A stretch of 64,000 nt of DNA from a virus. The notes beneath the pieces are model-generated. The model saw only the letters and a list, made by a program, of their open reading frames with translations. It did not search any database and had not been told where the DNA came from. The stretch lies in the IMG/VR virus record IMGVR_UViG_3300017613_002395; one strand, given 5' to 3'. The position numbers and the translations under genes are program-made. Of this stretch, positions 17,979 to 24,922 are shown piece by piece. The first letter of the stretch is position 1, and each line of letters starts with the position of its first letter.

Positions 17979-19061
17979 ATGCCCGTGATCGAAGACAACA
18001 AGCTGGAAGTCACTTGTGGCCTGGTTACGGTTGCAAAAGATCTGGTGAAGATGAAGCGGGATGTGATGCTGGTCCAGATGCGACGAGCCGTTGCCCGGAG
18101 TGTGCATTTGAAGCAGGTCAACAAGTTGGAGGGGAATTTGGTTGATGTGATTGCCCCAGTGATTGAGCAGCAGGTAAAAACGATAGCAAGCGGGTTGGCT
18201 GAATTGGATGGGCCAGAATCCAAATCTGTGACATTGGAAAAGTCACACGCCGATACGGCTCATGCCCTGGTCCAGCACTCGTTTGATGCTAAGGGGGAGA
18301 AGGACAAGCTGGTGGATGAGATGCTGCCCGTCTTGGCGGCACAGATGGCTGAGTCGGCCATTGCCCATTTTTTGCAGATGGGTGTTGTTATTCGGAGGAA
18401 GAAATCAGTATCGGAGAAGTTCAATCCACATCATGGACCAGACGGACGGTTTTCATCGGGATCGGGTAGTGGGGGTGGTCATTATGCTGATACATCTCAG
18501 GGCGTTGATACACAAACTGCTAGTGCGTTTGCGGCAGCTACTGCAAAGACAGGTGAGGCGTTCGAGGCCACTTGTTACAGAGGCACGGGTTTGTCCGGAG
18601 CAGAAGCTGCTCGGACCCGCATCCCAAGTCAGTATGCACAGGGGGAGTACTGGTCGCCATTTCCGGAGGTGGCATCAACGTATGGCCCTGACGTTTTGTC
18701 GCAGAAGGTGACGCTTCAGAATCCAAGGGTGTTTAGATTGCCAGGTAAGAGACCCTATTTTGCTGAATTGCAGAGAGAGTTCGGGACAAAAAACCCAGTG
18801 GAGATTACACAGAAGCTGAAGAGTGATGGTCATGATGGTTTGATTGTGCAGAATGTTCCGGTTAATAGACGCTCTCCTGATGGGGAGGGCGTTTCCATGG
18901 GGGATTCGGTTGAAGTTATTTTGTTCAACAAGACAAAGAGCTTTGAGAAGTTCAATCCATATCACGGACCAGATGGACGGTTTTCATCGGGATCAGGTTC
19001 TGGTGCTCACATGGCCCCAGATACAGGTGGTGGAGCAGGTGGCGGTTCTGGGGGAGCATAA
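17979..19061 (+). CDS. polyvalent virion protein: N-terminal helical domain, linker, ~150-aa possible ART-like effector domain, linker
   Basis: Two copies of the EKFNP(H/Y)HGPDGRFSSGSGSG linker. The middle domain has CYRGTG ... ASTYG ... SVEVILF, a weak R-S-E pattern. Confidence 0.55.
   Translation: MPVIEDNKLEVTCGLVTVAKDLVKMKRDVMLVQMRRAVARSVHLKQVNKLEGNLVDVIAPVIEQQVKTIASGLAELDGPESKSVTLEKSHADTAHALVQHSFDAKGEKDKLVDEMLPVLAAQMAESAIAHFLQMGVVIRRKKSVSEKFNPHHGPDGRFSSGSGSGGGHYADTSQGVDTQTASAFAAATAKTGEAFEATCYRGTGLSGAEAARTRIPSQYAQGEYWSPFPEVASTYGPDVLSQKVTLQNPRVFRLPGKRPYFAELQREFGTKNPVEITQKLKSDGHDGLIVQNVPVNRRSPDGEGVSMGDSVEVILFNKTKSFEKFNPYHGPDGRFSSGSGSGAHMAPDTGGGAGGGSGGA
18405..18479 (+). repeat. linker repeat L1 (SVSEKFNPHHGPDGRFSSGSGSGGG)
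   Basis: DNA- and protein-level repeat shared with L2-L5. Confidence 0.85.
18939..19058 (+). repeat. linker repeat L2 (SFEKFNPYHGPDGRFSSGSGSGAHMAPDTGGGAGGGSGGA)
   Basis: Forms the last 40 codons of the ORF, immediately before the TAA stop. Confidence 0.85.
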
Positions 19062-19082
19062 ACACCACATCCAGGATGGAGG

Positions 19083-19250
19083 ATGGTTGGTGTCTTTGCA
19101 AATTTGGTTGATGAGCTTATGGATATTGAGCTGATGGCCCAACAGGATGATGTGAGTCAGGAAGATTGGGGATGGCAGGTGGATGCACTGTTTCAAAAAT
19201 ACGCTCTATTGTTGGTTGGGGTAGATCCCCCAGCCCAATCATTGATGTGA
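19083..19250 (+). CDS. small acidic ORF (55 aa) between the two polyvalent genes
   Basis: Same frame as 17979..19061, after its TAA. The peptide MVGVFANLVDELMDIELMAQQDDVSQEDWGWQVDALFQKY... looks protein-like. Below the ORF-track length cut-off. Confidence 0.3.
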   Translation: MVGVFANLVDELMDIELMAQQDDVSQEDWGWQVDALFQKYALLLVGVDPPAQSLM

Positions 19251-19258
19251 GACTGCCT

Positions 19259-22009
19259 ATGCCCACTACAGCGTCAGAATGGCTGGCTGAGCATCCGGAG
19301 GATGTTGGAGCCCTAACGGAGATGCTCGCAGGGCTGGATGGCTTTCCCATTCAGGTGTGGACGGAGATGCCTGAAGACATGAAGCGGATCATAGCTGAGC
19401 AATTAGTGGAATCGTTCGCTCAGCCGTACTGGGATGATATCTCTGCTGTGACTGCTGGTCATGCGGAAGAATATTTGGTGAAGGGACTTCAAGAAGGGTG
19501 GTCCATCCGCAGGATTGCCAGCACGATGGCTGAGAGCTTTCAGGGTGGGACGAGCAAATATGCAATGATGCGAGCCACCAGAATAGCCCGCACAGAAAGC
19601 GGACATGCGCTGAATGCAGCCCGCAAGGCTCCCATAGACCAATTGATGGCTGAATTGGGCCCACAGGTGCCCATGCAGCCCGTGTGGCTGAGTGTGTTGG
19701 GGAACACGACGAGGGATTCCCATGCCAACCTGGATGGTGTGCCGGCCGACGAAAATGGTGAGTGGGAATTGGGTGGTGTTAAGATCCCATGGCCAGGACA
19801 CATCAGTTTACCAGCTTCAGAGCGGTGCAATTGTTTTCCAGCCGGAACTTTAGTTGAAGGCGACTTTGTCGGGTCGCAGCGTGCGTGGTACGAGGGGGAG
19901 TTTGCCAAAATCGTGACCGCGTCTGGAAGACGTCTCACCGTGACCAAAAATCACCCAATAGTAACCTCTAAGGGACTTGTTGCTGCAAGCATGTTGCAGC
20001 CAGGTGATAAGGTCCTTGCCTACAATTCCAAGATCAATAGCAGGCATTGTTCCCCCGTTGGTGTGGACAAATTTGCCATTGATACATTTGCGAGTCACCT
20101 TCTTTCGAGCGGCAATCAAAAACAGGACAAACCAGCCCCTATCGAGCAAGTATGCCAAGCGTTCTTTTCCGGGTTTATTTCCAGTTTGGGGACGGGGTTG
20201 GTTGAAATCCGCGACACTCAGATGGACGATTTCTATGGCGACGGAAAATTCATCAAGGGCAAGATCGAGATTGTAAGGGCCAACTGGAAATTGCTGCAAG
20301 ACGGGAAATTTGGCCAATTTGAGAAATGTGGCGATTCGATCTTCGTCCTTGAACCTGCCGAGTTGTCGGTGAAATTTGGTGATGGCTCTAGCAGATTTTG
20401 TGGCGTCGGAGTCTCGGGAGCCGCGACGTGCTTTCCATGCTGCACCGAGAGTCTTTTGGATGTACGAGGGCGATTTGAAATTACGCCATCGGGCTCGTTG
20501 GCTGTCGGAGTAGCTGCGGATTTTAATACCAGCCTCAAGGAATCGGCGGCGAAGGAGGGGGCGGGAGTGTCCAGTTTCCTTCGAGATTCGCTGCAGCGAT
20601 ACCCCGGAGTTGTATTGTTCGATGAGATCACCGAGGTTCAAAATTTCTATGCGTCTCATTATGTGTATGATCTCCAATCGAGTTATGGGTTAATTGTTGC
20701 GTTTGATCCTGATTCTACAGGGTTGGGGGGCATTGTCAATAGTAACTGCCAATGCACCATTGTTACCCAGTTTGGTATGCAGGAGGGTGATGCCCAGCAG
20801 TTGATCCAGCAGTACTTCGACCGCAAGCTGGATTATGAAGGGGGCAAATCCGTATCGGAGAAGTTCAATCCCTACCACGGACCAGACGGACGGTTTTCGT
20901 CAGGATCAGGTGGTGGAGCCCACATGGCTCCAGATACAGGAGGTGGAGCAGGTGGGGGTGGGGGTGCTGGGATTGGTTCTTTCAAAGTGGGCACGAAAAA
21001 CAGCAAGAGCGAGCGGAGGCTGCATAAGACGTGTGCTAAGTTTTCAAGAGATGATCAGATGCTTGATGAGGACTTTAACACACCAGCTAGAAGGATAAAC
21101 GAGCAGGCTGCTCAGGCTAATGGCGTACGTGAACGGTTTAAGAAGCCGAAGGCTGATTTTGAGATTCGGGTAGTAAGAACAAAGGATGTTACACCGAGCC
21201 AGGATTACGATGATTGGATGGATGATCACGCTAAAAATATGGCTGGTTTGTTGAGAAAATTCAACGGCCCACAGGCTACCGACATGATGGAGGGAGAGGT
21301 TATTAATGTGGTCACGCCCATAGCAATCGAGAAGGGCGGAAAGCTCATCGATGGGAACCATAGGCACGCAGCACACGTCATCAATGGGGAAGATCATATT
21401 GTGGCTATTGTTGCTTTGGAAAGGCCCCAAGCTACTGGAAAAGTGGTAAATATGACGGAGGCTCTGCAGGCTTTGAGGCATATGAAGTCGGCTGAGTTAC
21501 TGGAGAAGTTCAATCCACATCATGGATCAGATGGACGGTTTTCGTCAGGATCAGGTGGTGGCGCTCACATGGCCCCAGATACAGGAGGTGGAGCAGGTGG
21601 GTCAGCGGCTGGTGGGGGGAGCACACGCAGTTCCAGAGCCAAGCGAACACACAAACCAAGCACAAAAGAAAAGCAGCAGAGAGCGGAATCTGAGCAGGCC
21701 CGATTGGCAAAACTGATTAGGGGCACAAATACCGACGACAATGATGCTTTCGATGTGTTGGGATCGGGTTGGGCCGTCGAGGTCAAAACCATAATGGACA
21801 ATAACAACAACAAGATAACGATGCACCCGAAAAGTCGACGGAGGAAGGAATCTTATGCAGAGGAGCATGGGGTAACAAAACACACGGTTGTGATTGATGT
21901 GAGGGGCAGCAAGCGTAGTTATTACCACAAGGCAGGAGTCGGGGCTTATCGTTTGTCGTCTATGAGCAGGATTTCTGTTTCTGAAATCAGAGAAAGGCTG
22001 GGGGCATGA
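19259..22009 (+). CDS. MuF/SPP1-gp7-family head morphogenesis protein (intein-containing) fused to a ParB-like nuclease domain and a PD-(D/E)XK domain
   Basis: MuF-like RTESGHALNAAR...TTRDSHANLDGV...ERCN|intein|CQCT. ParB-like KLIDGNHRHAAHVINGEDHIVAIV. REase-like DAFDVLGSGWAVEVKT. ATG at 19259 is preferred over the TTG at 19166. Confidence 0.8.
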   Translation: MPTTASEWLAEHPEDVGALTEMLAGLDGFPIQVWTEMPEDMKRIIAEQLVESFAQPYWDDISAVTAGHAEEYLVKGLQEGWSIRRIASTMAESFQGGTSKYAMMRATRIARTESGHALNAARKAPIDQLMAELGPQVPMQPVWLSVLGNTTRDSHANLDGVPADENGEWELGGVKIPWPGHISLPASERCNCFPAGTLVEGDFVGSQRAWYEGEFAKIVTASGRRLTVTKNHPIVTSKGLVAASMLQPGDKVLAYNSKINSRHCSPVGVDKFAIDTFASHLLSSGNQKQDKPAPIEQVCQAFFSGFISSLGTGLVEIRDTQMDDFYGDGKFIKGKIEIVRANWKLLQDGKFGQFEKCGDSIFVLEPAELSVKFGDGSSRFCGVGVSGAATCFPCCTESLLDVRGRFEITPSGSLAVGVAADFNTSLKESAAKEGAGVSSFLRDSLQRYPGVVLFDEITEVQNFYASHYVYDLQSSYGLIVAFDPDSTGLGGIVNSNCQCTIVTQFGMQEGDAQQLIQQYFDRKLDYEGGKSVSEKFNPYHGPDGRFSSGSGGGAHMAPDTGGGAGGGGGAGIGSFKVGTKNSKSERRLHKTCAKFSRDDQMLDEDFNTPARRINEQAAQANGVRERFKKPKADFEIRVVRTKDVTPSQDYDDWMDDHAKNMAGLLRKFNGPQATDMMEGEVINVVTPIAIEKGGKLIDGNHRHAAHVINGEDHIVAIVALERPQATGKVVNMTEALQALRHMKSAELLEKFNPHHGSDGRFSSGSGGGAHMAPDTGGGAGGSAAGGGSTRSSRAKRTHKPSTKEKQQRAESEQARLAKLIRGTNTDDNDAFDVLGSGWAVEVKTIMDNNNNKITMHPKSRRRKESYAEEHGVTKHTVVIDVRGSKRSYYHKAGVGAYRLSSMSRISVSEIRERLGA
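19832..20746 (+). mobile_element. intein (305 codons) inserted in the NC(R/Q)CT motif of MuF
   Basis: Cys1 in CFPAGTLVEGD, block B TVTKNHPIVT, blocks F/G HYVYDLQSSYGLIVA...GGIVNSN, and a +1 Cys. Excision gives ERCN-CQCT. Confidence 0.75.
19850..20659 (-). CDS. HTH plus Vsr/DUF559-type PD-(D/E)XK endonuclease (homing endonuclease candidate), antisense within the intein
   Basis: Minus-strand ORF open from 19850 to 20677 (TTG). ATG at 20659 lies 11 nt after GGAGA. Motifs: GVSLQRISKETGHSRPLLRRRF, PVGPYNLDLALDEFSVAIEIVH, ERLAYLLDRGWFVLF. Confidence 0.7.
   Translation of the reverse strand: MRRIEILNLGDLIEQYNSGVSLQRISKETGHSRPLLRRRFLEAGIKIRSYSDSQRARWRNFKSPSYIQKTLGAAWKARRGSRDSDATKSARAITKFHRQLGRFKDEDRIATFLKLAKFPVLQQFPVGPYNLDLALDEFSVAIEIVHLSVADFNQPRPQTGNKPGKERLAYLLDRGWFVLFLIAARKKVTRKCINGKFVHTNGGTMPAIDLGIVGKDLITWLQHACSNKSLRGYYWVIFGHGETSSRRGHDFGKLPLVPRTLRPDKVAFN
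20849..20971 (+). repeat. linker repeat L3 (SVSEKFNPYHGPDGRFSSGSGGGAHMAPDTGGGAGGGGGAG)
   Basis: Separates the MuF domain from the ParB-like domain. Confidence 0.85.
21497..21619 (+). repeat. linker repeat L4 (LLEKFNPHHGSDGRFSSGSGGGAHMAPDTGGGAGGSAAGGG)
   Basis: Separates the ParB-like domain from the PD-(D/E)XK domain. Confidence 0.85.
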
Positions 22010-22278
22010 GTTACTGGCTCGAAGACGAATCTGGTGATTTCCTTGGTGATTTTGCTACAAATCATGGAATCATCACAATGCGGGAGAGAGCTGGCCCATT
22101 GCTGATGGAGTTGCTTGATAATGGGGAATTGCCTGCAAACAAGCTAAGGGGCTTGGGGGATGAGGTGAAGGAATCACCCGAGCTTGTCTACATTTCAGAT
22201 CTTGTCGTGGGAGCTGAAGGATCAGTTTTTATTACGGATGGTTGTGGTAGTGCAGATATGGGAGAACAAGATGTCTAA
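22006..22278 (+). CDS. hypothetical acidic protein
   Basis: ATGA junction. 90 aa. Confidence 0.45.
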   Translation: MSYWLEDESGDFLGDFATNHGIITMRERAGPLLMELLDNGELPANKLRGLGDEVKESPELVYISDLVVGAEGSVFITDGCGSADMGEQDV

Positions 22279-22612
22279 TCGGAATGGTAGGGTTCGGAGA
22301 TCGTCACCAGATCGGCTAACCATAAGCGATGCTGATACAATTGCCCTTAGTGATGCCGTCCACGATCGGTTTGTGCGGGTGGCTGATGAGTGGTTGCGAT
22401 CATGCAAGGAGCAGCTCCCAATACCGAAGGAGATCGACCAGGATCTTCTTCGATGGAGAACAATGGTTGTTCGATTCAAAAGTGGTGATTTCCGCAACAC
22501 AGAGAGTGAATTGATGGCTTTAAAAACCATCGCCCAATGGACCGTTGATGTGAATAACCAGTTGAGGAATCAGCCGGATAAAAGGGTCAAGTGGAAGGAG
22601 GGCTCGGGATGA
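22271..22612 (+). CDS. hypothetical protein
   Basis: ATG after GGAGAACAAG, inside ORF 22184..22612. Confidence 0.45.
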   Translation: MSNRNGRVRRSSPDRLTISDADTIALSDAVHDRFVRVADEWLRSCKEQLPIPKEIDQDLLRWRTMVVRFKSGDFRNTESELMALKTIAQWTVDVNNQLRNQPDKRVKWKEGSG

Positions 22613-22821
22613 GTGTGCTTTATTTGTTGCTGGGTATGGTGTTGGGTTTTCTGTTGGGAATGGCGCTGGGAGCAGCATCAATCAAGGCCAATTTATCAGA
22701 CACCGTTTTAGCTCGGTTGGGGGAGCGGCTTGGAGAGGGACGTGAATTTACTCTGACAGTTACCAAGCCCCAACAGAACAAAAAACAGGAACGAAAAAAC
22801 CAGTTAGCGGAGCTCAATTGA
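22609..22821 (+). CDS. small membrane protein
   Basis: ATGA junction. MSVLYLLLGMVLGFLLGMALGAA is a likely TM segment. Confidence 0.4.
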   Translation: MSVLYLLLGMVLGFLLGMALGAASIKANLSDTVLARLGERLGEGREFTLTVTKPQQNKKQERKNQLAELN

Positions 22822-23045
22822 TGGCCCATCTTTTGAGGCATCCCAGGCCCAGGATTGCCGACGTCCAGTGCTCCCGTCTCCAATTCCAGCCGGGTGATCG
22901 TGTGCTTGTTCGGGTGTTTGGCAAGTTGGAAAAGGCTGCCAAAAAGAAGCTGAGCAAATCCATTCAGAAATGGGCTGGGTGTGATGTGGAGGTCTTGATC
23001 ATAAACAATTTAGAGATGGAGCTTACTGTTGACCAATCGCACTAA
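22821..23045 (+). CDS. hypothetical protein
   Basis: ATG overlapping the previous stop. 74 aa. Confidence 0.4.
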   Translation: MAHLLRHPRPRIADVQCSRLQFQPGDRVLVRVFGKLEKAAKKKLSKSIQKWAGCDVEVLIINNLEMELTVDQSH

Positions 23046-23301
23046 CGGCAATGGCTATGCGGAAATACTCAAGGATGAGGAATCGTTGGGCATCTTTCTG
23101 AAAAACCTGGCAAAGTTTGATCAGTTGTTTTGTGCGGAGATGATGTCGGGGCGTGAATTCTCTCTTAAAATGGAAGTTCATGCCAACAAGGGGGAGTTGA
23201 TTCATTGCAGGGTGGACAGCACATCCTTTGATCGGCCGCATGGCGTGGAAAAAAGGGTTTCCTCTAAACAGAAGCGGCAGATTACCAAAACTAACCTTTG
23301 A
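23029..23301 (+). CDS. hypothetical protein
   Basis: TTG start. 90 aa. Confidence 0.3.
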   Translation: MTNRTNGNGYAEILKDEESLGIFLKNLAKFDQLFCAEMMSGREFSLKMEVHANKGELIHCRVDSTSFDRPHGVEKRVSSKQKRQITKTNL

Positions 23302-23361
23302 GGTAATCTGCAAATAGGTTATATTTGGGATCGTAAGACGTCTAGGCTCTTCGTTGATGCT

Positions 23362-23396
23362 GCGGCGTGTTGTTCCAGGAACACACGTCGCTTTTT
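23362..23396 (+). terminator. intrinsic terminator-like hairpin plus T-run
   Basis: gcggcgtgttgttcc-agg-aacacacgtcgc followed by ttttt. Lies just upstream of RBS GGAG and the ATG at 23411. Confidence 0.5.
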
Positions 23397-23410
23397 ATTG
23401 GAGTCATGAG

Positions 23411-24166
23411 ATGGGAAAGAATGTCACTTTTTACCTGGGACCGGGCGGCACTCACTTGGCGAGTCGTAGCTTGGTGGTCACCCGGATGCGAAGAGCCGGT
23501 GATGATTCAGCTCTGGCGGCTGCATACACAAATGCAGGTATTGTGAACACGACGGAAATACAGACGGTTCCCCTAGCTGATAGCACAATCTATCAGGCTG
23601 TGGGGGTGGATACCTTGGCGGATGGGTCGACGAGTGTGCCCGACGTTTTGAATTTCCACACGGGATCGTTGCAATTTCCTGGTCCCAGATCACAAGACCG
23701 TTTGTCGATCTTGGGCATGGAGGACTTGTCGAGTAGTTCCTCTAGCAGTTCTTCCAGCAGCGTTTCCAGTGGATCTTCCAGTTCCTGGTCGAGCACGAGC
23801 AACAGCTCTAGCCACAGTAGTTCGAGCAGTTCCAGTTCCAGTAGTTCGAGCAGTTCCAGTTCGGTCAGCACGAGTAGCATCAGCACAAGCTCGGTCAGCT
23901 CCAGCTCCAGTTCGATTAGCACAAGCTCGGTCAGCTCCAGTTCGATCAGCACAAGCTCGGTCAGCTCCAGTTCCAGTAGTCCGAGCAGCTCCAGTTCCAG
24001 TAGTTCGAGCAGTGTAAGCTCCAGTAGTTCGAGTAGCTCCAGTTCGATCAGCACAAGCTCGAATAGCTCCAGTTCCAGCAGTGCGAGCAGTTCTAGTTCC
24101 AGCGGCTCAAGCAGCTCCAGTTCCAGCAGTACGAGCAGTGCATCGTCCAGTAGTTGGTCCACCTAA
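23411..24166 (+). CDS. virion-associated protein: ~105-aa N-domain plus ~145-aa Ser-rich tract
   Basis: In-frame ATG after the terminator and GGAG. The C-terminal two thirds are Ser repeats with SSISTSS. Confidence 0.6.
   Translation: MGKNVTFYLGPGGTHLASRSLVVTRMRRAGDDSALAAAYTNAGIVNTTEIQTVPLADSTIYQAVGVDTLADGSTSVPDVLNFHTGSLQFPGPRSQDRLSILGMEDLSSSSSSSSSSSVSSGSSSSWSSTSNSSSHSSSSSSSSSSSSSSSSVSTSSISTSSVSSSSSSISTSSVSSSSISTSSVSSSSSSPSSSSSSSSSSVSSSSSSSSSSISTSSNSSSSSSASSSSSSGSSSSSSSSTSSASSSSWST
23729..24157 (+). repeat. Ser-rich tract S2
   Basis: Shares ~48 nt of near-identity (atcagcacaagctcggtcagctccag...ttcgat.agcacaagc) with S3. Confidence 0.9.
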
Positions 24167-24173
24167 GATCAAA

Positions 24174-24632
24174 ATGAACGCCATCGTCCAATCATGGAAC
24201 AAGCACCTTGCCAAACCTCGATATGCAGGGGCTGACACTGTTGATGTTGGCGATGGGGTGGTTGTTTTGCAGAATGAGGTTCTAAAACCAGAGGTAAAGA
24301 AAATGGGTCATCCCGACAGAAAAGTTGTGATCAATGAGGGTGCGGTCAAGGAGCTTGCTATGCATGGTCCCCAGGACCGAGCTGAGGCCCTCTACCGCGA
24401 GACAGCCCGCACGTTGGATCGTTTGGGGCTGAAGGTGGGGAAAAAGCAAGCCGGATTCACACGGGTAGGACGGTTCGAGGGTGGTCGTCCTTGCTTGCAT
24501 GATGTGGTTCTCTGGCTCAATGATCTGGAGGTCACACCCAAATACAAGAAGGATCTTGTTTTTCTGAAGAAGCTCCATGCTACTGTTCGTGGTAGGGCTT
24601 ACGAAGAGACAATCGCCGAAGTTGAGGGCTGA
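24174..24632 (+). CDS. hypothetical protein
   Basis: Internal ATG of ORF 24081..24632, placed after the Ser-tract gene's stop. Confidence 0.5.
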   Translation: MNAIVQSWNKHLAKPRYAGADTVDVGDGVVVLQNEVLKPEVKKMGHPDRKVVINEGAVKELAMHGPQDRAEALYRETARTLDRLGLKVGKKQAGFTRVGRFEGGRPCLHDVVLWLNDLEVTPKYKKDLVFLKKLHATVRGRAYEETIAEVEG

Positions 24633-24634
24633 TC

Positions 24635-24922
24635 ATGTTTCTCAGTTACGAGCGGGTGCGTGCAATAGCAACAGTCAGGACCGCTGCTCATTTGACCATC
24701 CCTGCAAATGCTACGTTTGTAGAATTGCAAGCAACCGAGCAAAATGTCCGGTACACGATGGACAATACCACCAACCCTTCCCAAGTAGTGGGCATGGTGC
24801 TTTTGACAACGGAACCACCTCGTCGCTTTGTGATCAGTGACCTGAAACGAATCAGATTCATTCGGGGTGCTGCTGCAGATGCTAGATTGAATCTGCACTA
24901 TGGTTCGATGAGGGATGTGTAG
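24635..24922 (+). CDS. hypothetical protein
   Basis: 95 aa, directly abutting the protease gene. Confidence 0.5.
   Translation: MFLSYERVRAIATVRTAAHLTIPANATFVELQATEQNVRYTMDNTTNPSQVVGMVLLTTEPPRRFVISDLKRIRFIRGAAADARLNLHYGSMRDV

Noticed and set aside
19166-19258. The TTG/ATG starts at 19166/19172 as the true MuF start, or a programmed frameshift joining 19083..19250 to MuF.
   Set aside because: The translation upstream of 19259 in the MuF frame (GMAGGCTVSKIRSIVGWGRSPSP...) is not protein-like. No X XXY YYZ heptamer is present in the overlap. The ATG at 19259 directly follows the small ORF's stop.
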